Assembly (NCBI GenBank): GCA_051382305.1
Contig: JBBCAV010000370.1
Coordinates: 1-34,352 of the forward strand
Length of the DNA: 34,352 bases
Source: Bdellovibrionota bacterium FG-2
GTDB lineage: Bacteria > Bdellovibrionota > UBA1018
Reading direction: 5' to 3'
Numbering within the stretch: the stretch's first letter is position 1; the number at the start of each line of letters is the position of its first letter. Below, in pieces: positions 26,617-34,352 of this stretch. A program made the translations under genes and the position numbers. The notes beneath the pieces were generated by a model. The model saw only the letters and a program-made list of their open reading frames with translations, was not told the DNA's origin and did no database searches.

Positions 26617-27724
26617 TGAGCATCTTTTCAAACTCTGCCACAAGATCGGCCTCACCCGTAGGAGCCGGGGCTGCCGCGGTAATGCTCTGCGGTTCGGGTG
26701 TTGGGGCGGCGGCTGGGGCCGCCGTATCAATAGCAGAGGCCCCCGCGGGAGCTGCTGCCGGAGCCGCAGGAGCGGCAGCTTTGGAATTAAGGAGTTCGTC
26801 GGTTTTGGCGGTATCGAGGCTTTTTTCAACCTCATCGACAAGGCTCTCAAATGAAGCGTCTGGTGCATCAAAGGGCGCAGCTGCTGGAGCTTCAGGTTCT
26901 ACCATCGGCTCAGGTGCAGGCGAGGCGATGGAGGCTTCAAGTTCAGCCAAGGGGTCCGGTTCCGCGGCTTTTGGTGCTGGGGTCTGAGCAGGCGCCGGAG
27001 CAGGCGTAGGGGCTGCGACTGTCGTCGCGACAGCCGCAGCGGCCGGTTTGCCCCCACCTTGAGCGAGAGCTGCTTTAAGCGAGGCGTTTTCTTGTTGCAA
27101 TCGTTTGAGGTTCGCTAAGTCATCTTCAATGACACTGTACTCTGCAAGTCGCGCCTCAAGGCTATTCACTTTATCTTTAAGTTTTGAGGCATCCGCAGAG
27201 TTGCCGGAGCTCACGGCGCCCCCCGCAGAGGCTGCCGCCACGCGTGCCGCATCCAGCTCTTGTTCAAGCGTCGTTTTCTCAGCAATCATGTTCTCCATGG
27301 CGCTGGATTGTTCGCTCATTTTATTTTCTAAGTCTGCCAGCTTTTGCAGTAACGCGGGATCCGAGGCGCCACCGGCGCCCGCCGACATTCCTGCTCCTTG
27401 GGTCGCGCCTGAGTGCTGCATTCCCATTCCCGCAAAAGAGGGCATTGACATGCCCGTCATCATTTTTTCCATTTCTTCCGGGGGAATTTCACCGTTGTTG
27501 AGAAGACCAAAGAGTTGAGCGCGGAGAAATTCCGCCTGTTTGATGAGGTTGTTGAGATAGAATTTTACCATTCCCGCGGGGAGGGTTTTTCCTGCAACAC
27601 CGTCTTTTCGTTTATGGAGAATCCAATAGCCAAAATAAAACGCGCAAATAAAAAACAAAAAGGATGCTTCAAAGAGGAGTGCCTCTGGTGTAAACTTCGA
27701 GAACAAATAGACCCATGACGTCAT
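26609..27724 (-). CDS. Membrane-anchored coiled-coil protein with Ala/Pro-rich linker
   Basis: N-terminal TM helix, coiled coil (LEARLAEYSVIEDDLANLKRLQQEN), low-complexity region, acidic C-terminal helix; GGAGG before ATG 27724. Confidence 0.8.
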   Translation of the reverse strand: MTSWVYLFSKFTPEALLFEASFLFFICAFYFGYWILHKRKDGVAGKTLPAGMVKFYLNNLIKQAEFLRAQLFGLLNNGEIPPEEMEKMMTGMSMPSFAGMGMQHSGATQGAGMSAGAGGASDPALLQKLADLENKMSEQSSAMENMIAEKTTLEQELDAARVAAASAGGAVSSGNSADASKLKDKVNSLEARLAEYSVIEDDLANLKRLQQENASLKAALAQGGGKPAAAAVATTVAAPTPAPAPAQTPAPKAAEPDPLAELEASIASPAPEPMVEPEAPAAAPFDAPDASFESLVDEVEKSLDTAKTDELLNSKAAAPAAPAAAPAGASAIDTAAPAAAPTPEPQSITAAAPAPTGEADLVAEFEKMLNG

Positions 27725-27751
27725 AAGAAAGGTCCCTCCTGGCCCTACCTT

Positions 27752-27780
27752 ATTGTAAGAAACCCTAGCGTTTCTGTCAA
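27752..27780 (-). promoter_or_regulatory. Sigma70 promoter for the 27724 gene
   Basis: TTGACA (27775-27780, overlapping the suhB stop), 17-nt spacer, TACAAT (27752-27757). Confidence 0.7.
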
Positions 27781-28586
27781 ATCTCACTCATCTCCTTGAT
27801 CAAAGCTTTGTGGATTTTTCCGTTGGAGGCGGTAATCTGCCCCCCATTGATCCTAAAAGCCCTACCGTTAAAGTCCGTCACTTTTCCGCCGGCCTCTTCT
27901 ACGAGCAAAAATCCCGCTGCCACATCCCAAGGGGAGAGTTTTCGCTCCCAAAAACCGTCAAAAACTCCACGCGCGGTGTAGGCGAGGTCCATGGCCGCGC
28001 TTCCGGGGCGACGGATGCCGCGGGTTTGAAGGCTCAGGCTTCGAAAAACGGATAATTGATTAGAAATAGTCTCAGTCTCTTGATTCGTAGAAAATCCCGT
28101 CGTTAACAACGAAGCCGATAGGGTGCGCGTTTTTGAGACTTGAATTTTTTTCCCGTTCAGGGTGGCGCCCGCATTTTTCCGTGCAAAATAGGTGTCTTTT
28201 AGTATCGGATTATAGACCACGCCCATCAGAATCTCGCCCTCTAACTCCAGTGCCAGCGAGACACAAAACATCGGAAATCGATGGACAAAATTGGTCGTGC
28301 CATCCAGAGGATCTAAAATCCATCGACCCGGAACGTTCGGATTTGTGATGTCCTCTGGGTGAGACTCTTCAGTTAAAAAACCAAAGCTCGGGTAGGCCTT
28401 CTTGAGAATCGTCATCGCGGCCTTCTCTGCTCCCATGTCCGCATCAGTGACCAGTCCTGCGCGTGGCTTTTCTCGAATTTCGAGCGGACGGGTGAAGTAT
28501 TTTTCGAGAACCTTGCCTGCGGCATGCGCGGCATTGAGGGTGGTGGCCTTGAGGTGAGACAAGCTTTTGGGTGCAAGTTTCATCAT
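27777..28586 (-). CDS. suhB: Inositol monophosphatase family protein
   Basis: LVTDAD, WILDPLDGTTNFVH, RRPGSAAMDLAY.ARG.FDGFWE, WDVAAG. Confidence 0.93.
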   Translation of the reverse strand: MMKLAPKSLSHLKATTLNAAHAAGKVLEKYFTRPLEIREKPRAGLVTDADMGAEKAAMTILKKAYPSFGFLTEESHPEDITNPNVPGRWILDPLDGTTNFVHRFPMFCVSLALELEGEILMGVVYNPILKDTYFARKNAGATLNGKKIQVSKTRTLSASLLTTGFSTNQETETISNQLSVFRSLSLQTRGIRRPGSAAMDLAYTARGVFDGFWERKLSPWDVAAGFLLVEEAGGKVTDFNGRAFRINGGQITASNGKIHKALIKEMSEI

Positions 28587-29518
28587 AATGGTTTGTTCGC
28601 TGATTTAATGAGGGCAGCCTGCAGAGCTCTTCGAAGCCTAAGTGAAATCAATCCGGGCTTTCCTGAACCCACTCTTTGTTGTTCAACCTTGGTGACGGGA
28701 AAAACATCCTTGGTGGTTGAGGTCGCAAAGACTTCGTCGGCTTCAAAAAGGCGTTCTTTTGGAAACCGAACTTCTCTCACAGGGATTTTCAATTCATGGG
28801 CCACTTCGAGGACCGCCCTTCGCGTGGTTCCATCTAAGATGCCAATCTCTAGCGGCGGCGTGACCAAGATGCCGCGTTTCACGTAGAAAATATTAAACGT
28901 CGTGCCTTCGGTGATGTGACCGTCGCTGTTGCAAAGAAGAGCGTCGTCGTATTTTTCTGGATACTTTTCCGAAGTCGCCTCGAGGTAGGCCAAAAGACTG
29001 TTGAGATAATTCCCGGATTTCATGGCTGGGTCCAGGGCATTGGGGTGATTGCGGATACGTTTGGAGATCTGTAGACTGAGGCCCTTATTGATTTGGGCTT
29101 CGCTGGGGAGCTCAATTTTTTGAATGATGATAATGACTTGAGTGGGGGTGAGGACACATTCTTCGCCAAAGCCGATACGGCCGACTCCGCGAGTGAGCAC
29201 GAGGCGGCAATAGGCGTCGCAGCGCTTCTCGCAGGAGCTTTGAAATTCAGCGTAAGTGCGGACGACTTGCGTTTTGAGGGTCGCAAGATCCTGGGAAACC
29301 TTCATTCGACACAGTGCTGCGGATTTGTAGAGTCGCCCTAAATGTTCATCGAGTTGGAGAAATACGCCCCCATGAGAGCGAAAAACCTCATAGAGGCTAT
29401 CTCCATAAAGAAAACTGCGATCAAAGACGGAGACCACCGCTTTAGGGGCCTCAATCTCGCGTTGCAGCGAGGAAAAAACATGGATTGTTCCATTAACGTT
29501 TACGACGACGTTTTCCAT
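28583..29518 (-). CDS. Class IV PLP aminotransferase (IlvE/Dat/PabC-like)
   Basis: DRSFLYGDSLYE, HLGRL..SA, KSGNYL, EGTTFNIF, ILDGTTR, ADEVFATST. Confidence 0.92.
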   Translation of the reverse strand: MENVVVNVNGTIHVFSSLQREIEAPKAVVSVFDRSFLYGDSLYEVFRSHGGVFLQLDEHLGRLYKSAALCRMKVSQDLATLKTQVVRTYAEFQSSCEKRCDAYCRLVLTRGVGRIGFGEECVLTPTQVIIIIQKIELPSEAQINKGLSLQISKRIRNHPNALDPAMKSGNYLNSLLAYLEATSEKYPEKYDDALLCNSDGHITEGTTFNIFYVKRGILVTPPLEIGILDGTTRRAVLEVAHELKIPVREVRFPKERLFEADEVFATSTTKDVFPVTKVEQQRVGSGKPGLISLRLRRALQAALIKSANKPL

Positions 29519-29572
29519 AGATACAACTATGATATCGTGGGAGCATTTGTGTTGTCCAGTTAAAGGAGCTTC

Positions 29573-30850
29573 ATGCTTGAAGAGATTGAAACGTTACTGC
29601 CGGGCTTAGATGATGTCGCCAAAGGAATCGACTTTCCGGCGTTTTGTGTTTGCTTTGATACCGATGCTGCCGCTGAAGAAATCGAACGGCTTTTGACGAC
29701 CTTAGGCGCACGCCCGGCCGGTCGAGTGATGGTCCATCTTCGAGCCGTCAATCCTGCAACCTATATCGGCGAAGGAAAGATTGCGGAAATTCGCGCGCAG
29801 GCCGAAGAGCTCAAGGCTCGCTGTATTGTGGTCGATGCTGAACTCTCTCCAAATCAACTGAGGAATCTTGAGAAAAGCCTCGGCAAGCCCGTGTTGGATC
29901 GCCCAGGCGTGATTATCGAAATCTTTTCGCGCCATGCGCGAACCCGCGAATCCAAGACGCAGGTGGCCCTTGCTCGGATGCAATATCTTTTGCCGCGATT
30001 GGCCCATTTTTGGGACCATTTTGAGCGGCAGCGGGGGGGCTCGCCCGGCAGCCGAGGAATGGGTGAAAAGCAAATTGAAGTGGATCGGCGCTTAGTACAA
30101 AGGCAGATTTCGGTTTTGAAAGGACGTCTGGTCGAAATTGCAAAAGAGCGCAAAGTTCAGCGCGCAGGACGAAAAAATGTTCTTAAGGTGGCGCTCGTCG
30201 GTTACACCAATGCGGGAAAATCTACGCTGCTCAATGCCTTGACGCATTCGAAAGTGCTGGCCGAAAATAAGCTCTTTGCGACCCTGGATTCGAGCGTGCG
30301 GGCTTTGGACCCGGATGCGCATCCTCCTATTGTCGCCATTGATACGGTGGGTTTCATCAGTCGTTTGCCCCATTCCTTGATTGCTTCTTTTCGCTCAACG
30401 CTCGAAGAGCTTGAGCGAGCCGATTTGCTCGTGCATGTCGTGGATGCCTCTTCGTCGCAAGCGAGCGAGGAGCTGCAGGTCGCGGAAAAGGTTTTAGATG
30501 ATCTGGGCGTGGGGGAGAAGCCGCGTTTCACGGTGCTGAATAAAGTTGATTTAATTGGGGGGGCGCTCGCGCGCAACCGGGCTCGCGTCGTGGCGCCGGG
30601 GGCCCATTTTGTTTCCGCTCTAAAGGGAGACGATGTGGAGCGGCTCAGGCAAGCTATTCTCAAGCATTTTCATGCACAGCTTGAGCAGTGGGATGTGATG
30701 ATTCCTTATGCGGAAAGCAAATTGGAGTCTCAGATTCATGCTCACGGCGTGGTTGAGACCATACGACCGATGGAAAAGGGGCTCTTTTTCCGCATTCGGA
30801 TTGAGCCGACATGGGCGCGCAAACTGGGACTTGGGAAATTTAGATTATGA
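29573..30850 (+). CDS. hflX: GTPase HflX
   Basis: ELSPNQLRNLE, IFSRHART.E.K.QV.LA, GYTNAGKSTL, LFATLD, DTVGFI, NKVD. Confidence 0.97.
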   Translation: MLEEIETLLPGLDDVAKGIDFPAFCVCFDTDAAAEEIERLLTTLGARPAGRVMVHLRAVNPATYIGEGKIAEIRAQAEELKARCIVVDAELSPNQLRNLEKSLGKPVLDRPGVIIEIFSRHARTRESKTQVALARMQYLLPRLAHFWDHFERQRGGSPGSRGMGEKQIEVDRRLVQRQISVLKGRLVEIAKERKVQRAGRKNVLKVALVGYTNAGKSTLLNALTHSKVLAENKLFATLDSSVRALDPDAHPPIVAIDTVGFISRLPHSLIASFRSTLEELERADLLVHVVDASSSQASEELQVAEKVLDDLGVGEKPRFTVLNKVDLIGGALARNRARVVAPGAHFVSALKGDDVERLRQAILKHFHAQLEQWDVMIPYAESKLESQIHAHGVVETIRPMEKGLFFRIRIEPTWARKLGLGKFRL

Positions 30851-32640
30851 GAGTAGTTTTTATTTTTTTTGCATTCCTAAACACCGCCTTAAGCGGGGAG
30901 CGTGTTCGAAACGAAATTTCTTTTCGTTCGGATTACCAGGTTGCAACGGCTCCATTGATTTTGGAACGGGTGTGGGCTTTGGCGCCCACTGAGTGGAACC
31001 CTCAAGAGAAACTTTGGATTCTCTCACGAAACTCTGAGCTGGTGGGTCTAAAAGCGATTGCTCTGCCAGGGGGTTTACCAGAGGGTTTAAAAGAAGATCG
31101 CTTTGGCGTGAGCGCTGATTTTATTAAATCCGAGGCGAGATCGTATTTTTCACCGGCGCTCTTGAGTGGCTTGCAAGAAGGAGGCGCTAAGGGGTTCTCT
31201 TGCAATGCGAAGCCTACTACTTTTGAAGATTATCGTTTTGGAACTTCACAAGGGGCTCGTATAGCTGCGGGCTGGGCCGCGCAGGCTTGGGATGAAGCGC
31301 AGAATCTCGAAAAAGATCTCCTGGCGATGAAGTTTTCAAAGATCAGGGAGAAGAAAAAGGACGCCGCAATTTCCCGCGGTTTGGTCGAGTGGGAGAATGT
31401 CCGTTATCGACTCGAAAAACAGTGGCGCGATCAGATATTCCCCCGAATTAAGGCCAGAGAGTGGAAGTACTATTTGGAGGAGGCTCGCAAAGCGGGTGTT
31501 TGTCCACGCCCGAAAGGGGGAAGTGTGGTTGCCTCCGCCGAAAAGGGCCCGATAACGAAGTCAGCTCAGCCTAATTCTGATCATGATACTTTGCTGCTTG
31601 CGCGGGCCCCGGCGCGTAAATGGAATGGTCTTTTTTCAGTCAGGCTCTCGCTTGAGGTTGGGGGGCGCAAGCTTAATGGAAAATTTCTGATCGATTCGAA
31701 AGCGGATGTGAGTTTGGTGTCGCCCCTTTTTCTGTCCGCGCAGGGGATTCCTCCACTTTTTGTGCAGACCCCAGGACTTCCCCCAGAGCCCTATAAGTGG
31801 AGTGGTGCGCACGAAGGACGTTTGGGCAAGCACGCGCGTTTTGATGCGGTTGATTTGGGTGGTTTTGCCTTGCCCTTGCGGGAGTTTTTGATTGCGGAGA
31901 CAGAGATTTTCTCACCCCCTGAGAATGTGGCTACGTGCTGTGATGGAGTTTTAGGCAAGGACTTTTTGTCTCAAGCTGTTGTCGAATTCTATCCGGGACC
32001 GCCTGCAGAAGTGCGGCTCTGGTCCAGGCAGGGTTTTGTACCTTCTCTTAAGCAGCATGAAACAAGTTTTTTTCTTGAGACTCGGCTTGTTGCGGGGGGG
32101 GCACCTCAAGTGGAGTGTCAGGGGCTCTTAATGAGTTTGAATACTGGGAAGCAAGAGGATTGGCAGTCGGGTTCGAAGGTCGGGTCGAAATTCTCGGTGG
32201 CTTGCGGGGATTGGCAATGGCAATTGCCGGTGAAGACTTCGCGACTAGAGCTAGGAATGGGCGTTCTGGGGCTGGCTCCCGTGATTTTTGATTTACCGCA
32301 TGATAGAATTTGGCTTTCCGAGAAGCTAAAAACTCCGGGTTTTATGGAAGGGCATCGGAACCAAAGTGGCTTGACCCTGAAGTATGATTATCGGGATTCC
32401 GAGCGGGTTTTGCTCGTTGTTGCAATCGCTAATAATTTGCCAGCCCAGCGTTTATTGAAAGAGGGGTTGCGCCCCGGGATGGTGATTACAGAAGTGGATG
32501 GAAAACCCTCGGATGAGTTTGATCAGTGGGATATCGTGCGAAAACTTTCGGGTGCATCAGGCGAGCAGCTTACTTTGACGTGGGAGAAGAAGGCCCCCGG
32601 TAAAGGCGACAAGAAGCTCGTGCCGTTTAAGGTGAAGTGA
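30847..32640 (+). CDS. Secreted protein with retropepsin-like aspartyl protease domain(s) and C-terminal PDZ domain
   Basis: FLIDSKA...DGVLGKDFL, second copy LNTG...LGMGVL...FDLPHDRIWL; PDZ-like PAQ....GLRPGMVITEVDG. Confidence 0.75.
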   Translation: MRVVFIFFAFLNTALSGERVRNEISFRSDYQVATAPLILERVWALAPTEWNPQEKLWILSRNSELVGLKAIALPGGLPEGLKEDRFGVSADFIKSEARSYFSPALLSGLQEGGAKGFSCNAKPTTFEDYRFGTSQGARIAAGWAAQAWDEAQNLEKDLLAMKFSKIREKKKDAAISRGLVEWENVRYRLEKQWRDQIFPRIKAREWKYYLEEARKAGVCPRPKGGSVVASAEKGPITKSAQPNSDHDTLLLARAPARKWNGLFSVRLSLEVGGRKLNGKFLIDSKADVSLVSPLFLSAQGIPPLFVQTPGLPPEPYKWSGAHEGRLGKHARFDAVDLGGFALPLREFLIAETEIFSPPENVATCCDGVLGKDFLSQAVVEFYPGPPAEVRLWSRQGFVPSLKQHETSFFLETRLVAGGAPQVECQGLLMSLNTGKQEDWQSGSKVGSKFSVACGDWQWQLPVKTSRLELGMGVLGLAPVIFDLPHDRIWLSEKLKTPGFMEGHRNQSGLTLKYDYRDSERVLLVVAIANNLPAQRLLKEGLRPGMVITEVDGKPSDEFDQWDIVRKLSGASGEQLTLTWEKKAPGKGDKKLVPFKVK

Positions 32641-32660
32641 GTGCTCGGGGGCTTGCTTAT

Positions 32661-32746
32661 TCTCCGTATTTATTGCGGATTTTAGGCCTAGCATGTGCGG
32701 AGTTTAGAGGTTATAATCTGCGTATGTTATGCGGAGATTATAACCT
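32661..32746 (+). promoter_or_regulatory. Palindromic operator/promoter region of the fic gene
   Basis: AGGTTATAATCT (32708-32719) / AGATTATAACCT (32735-32746), a perfect inverted repeat abutting the ATG; TGCGGA at 32674, 32696 and 32730. Confidence 0.65.
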
Positions 32747-33859
32747 ATGAGATATATCTACGAGCGCAAAAATTGGCCGGAGTTCCATTGGCATGAATCC
32801 CATTTGGCCGAGCGGGTTGCGAACTTGCGTCATCAGCAGGGACGTCTGGTTGGGCGGATGGAAGGATTGGGCCTTAAGTTTAGAACAGAAGCTGCTCTGC
32901 AAAATTTGACCGAAGACGTGCTGAAATCGAGCGAAATTGAGGGTGAACGTCTTGATCGAGATCAGGTGCGCTCTTCGCTTGCGCGACGCCTTGGGGTGGA
33001 TGTGGGCGGGCTAATTGCTTCCGATCGAAACGTTGAAGGCGTCGTCGAGATGATGTTAGATGCGACTCAACAGTTCAAATCCTCCCTCACGAATCAGCGC
33101 TTGTTTCGCTGGCACAAGGCTCTTTTCCCGGCCGCACATAGCGGGATGACTAGAATTCGCGTGGGGCGATGGCGTGATGACAGAGCGGGGCCAATGCAGG
33201 TTGTATCCGGAGCCATTGGACGCAACCGCATTCATTATCAAGCACCGGAGGCGGGGAGGCTTCCCGACGAGGTTCGAGCGTTTCTTTCGTGGTTCAATGG
33301 CCAAAAATCGATCGATCCGGTATTAAAAGCAGGCGTCGCGCACTTGTGGTTCGTTACGCTCCATCCGTTTGATGATGGAAACGGCCGAATAGCCCGCGCG
33401 ATTGCGGATATGTCGCTTGCTCGATCGGAGAATAGTCCGCAGCGTTTTTATAGTATGTCGGCTCAGATTTGCTCGGAGCGGACATACTATTATGATGTTC
33501 TTGAAGCGACTCAAAAGGGGAGTTTAGATATTACGGATTGGCTTGAGTGGTTTCTCAGTTGTCTGGGGCGCGCTTTCCAGGGGTCCGAGGCGATCATGGC
33601 GTCCGTGCTAAAGAAGGCTCAGTTTTGGGAGCGGTGGAGTGGGGAGATGTTCAATGATCGACAACGAAAAATCATCAATCGCCTTCTCGATGGTTTCGAT
33701 TCAAAATTGACTTCTTCAAAATGGGCGGCGTTAGGAAACTGTTCGCAGGACAGTGCTTCTCGCGACATTGATGATCTTGTGAAGCGAAATATCCTGATCA
33801 AGAATTCGGGTGGCGGGCGCAGCACGAGCTATTCGTTAATACCAATGGCAGCCGGATAA
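32747..33859 (+). CDS. Fic family protein with N-terminal DUF4172-like domain
   Basis: HPFDDGNGRIAR catalytic motif; SSEIEG inhibitory motif; YIYERKNWPEFHW N-terminus; C-terminal winged HTH ending GGRSTSY. Confidence 0.93.
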   Translation: MRYIYERKNWPEFHWHESHLAERVANLRHQQGRLVGRMEGLGLKFRTEAALQNLTEDVLKSSEIEGERLDRDQVRSSLARRLGVDVGGLIASDRNVEGVVEMMLDATQQFKSSLTNQRLFRWHKALFPAAHSGMTRIRVGRWRDDRAGPMQVVSGAIGRNRIHYQAPEAGRLPDEVRAFLSWFNGQKSIDPVLKAGVAHLWFVTLHPFDDGNGRIARAIADMSLARSENSPQRFYSMSAQICSERTYYYDVLEATQKGSLDITDWLEWFLSCLGRAFQGSEAIMASVLKKAQFWERWSGEMFNDRQRKIINRLLDGFDSKLTSSKWAALGNCSQDSASRDIDDLVKRNILIKNSGGGRSTSYSLIPMAAG

Positions 33860-34352
33860 GCCCGTTCACCTCGCCGCCGTCGGATTTTTTCTCTGAGCTG
33901 CAAACGCTCTTAGTTTTGCCGACTTCTTGAGATTCCAGGATTTTATAGGTTGCATCGAAACTCTTGGATAACTTCTGCCTGGGCGGATTGGGTACATGAG
34001 TGCCCGAACCTCAGCGAGAAGTTGTTTCATGAACTTTTTGGGCTTTACGTTTTCTATTTTATGATCAATTACCGTGAAGAGATTTCGCCTCACGCTTTCA
34101 GATGCATTTTTGAAGTTTGGCAGTTCAACTTCGACGTTCACCTTGTCCTCGACAACTACAGCCGTTATTGCCAGAGCGGTGATCGAGAGGATCAAGAGAT
34201 TTGCGAAGATCTCCTGCATGACGCCGTTATATGAACGAGCATGGAATTTTTCGAGACACAGCAGGTTCTTGACGCGGCCATAAGTCGTCTCAACCGACCA
34301 GCGCTTTCTATACAAGGCGATGATTTCACGCCTGGGATAGCGCTCATTTTCG
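33843..34352 (-). mobile_element. Right end of an IS4-family insertion sequence (partial)
   Basis: Transposase C-terminus plus candidate terminal IR CAATGGCAGCCGGATAAG (33843-33860), resembling the IS4 end TAATGCCGATCAGTTAAG as recalled. Confidence 0.7.
33866..34351 (-). CDS. IS4-family DDE transposase, C-terminal part (frame open to the window edge)
   Basis: EIIALYRKRWSVETTYGRVK (Y-R-E-K motif), QEIFA.L, RPGRSYPR. Confidence 0.88.
   Translation of the reverse strand, partial: ENERYPRREIIALYRKRWSVETTYGRVKNLLCLEKFHARSYNGVMQEIFANLLILSITALAITAVVVEDKVNVEVELPNFKNASESVRRNLFTVIDHKIENVKPKKFMKQLLAEVRALMYPIRPGRSYPRVSMQPIKSWNLKKSAKLRAFAAQRKNPTAAR

Noticed and set aside
26617-26871. Pro/Arg-rich N-terminus of the 326-aa ORF
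   Set aside because: It is an alternate-frame read of the upstream Ala/Pro linker; the signal peptide starts at 26616
32705-32746. fic upstream palindrome as a dif/Xer site
   Set aside because: It lacks the 11-6-11 layout and the TTATGTTAAAT XerD arm
1878-34283. Numerous short antisense or alternate-frame ORFs nested in the called genes
   Set aside because: Shadow ORFs without motifs or RBS, fully overlapping well-supported genes

Overview
This is a bacterial chromosomal window, most consistent with a Bdellovibrionota/Oligoflexia-like organism. That call is an inference from the xerD-site-2 protease-trpS-scpA-scpB-rluB synteny, a TIGR02147-type paralog and remnants of repeat-rich surface proteins. 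(1) Bases 1-1680 look like the edge of an integrated element. They hold an XRE regulator, a decayed Arc-like gene and a lambda-style att arm (tandem arm-type repeats, 10-bp-phased GTAAG repeats, an IHF consensus site). The arm abuts a 101-nt non-canonical tRNA-like sequence ending in CCA, just downstream of tRNA-fMet. (2) 1.8-8.0 kb is the housekeeping cluster named above. (3) 8.0-13.1 kb is an accessory, decaying patch: four pseudogene remnants, an outer-membrane beta-barrel gene, a DUF4258/DUF2283-HTH toxin-antitoxin-like pair with a phased operator, and a ~400-nt structured minus-strand region with a cyclic-di-GMP-I-like core and a 21-codon ORF behind a 15-nt Shine-Dalgarno. (4) 13.2-32.6 kb is mostly core genes: RND permease, LysR, uppP, pyk, a coiled-coil protein, lipoproteins, kdsD, a DsbA-family protein, a HEAT-repeat protein, suhB, a class IV aminotransferase, hflX and an Asp-protease/PDZ protein. 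(5) The right end has a Fic gene with a palindromic operator, whose last codons appear to come from an IS4-family element that runs off the window. No CRISPR array or rRNA gene was seen. All calls are by eye; no searches or folding programs were run.
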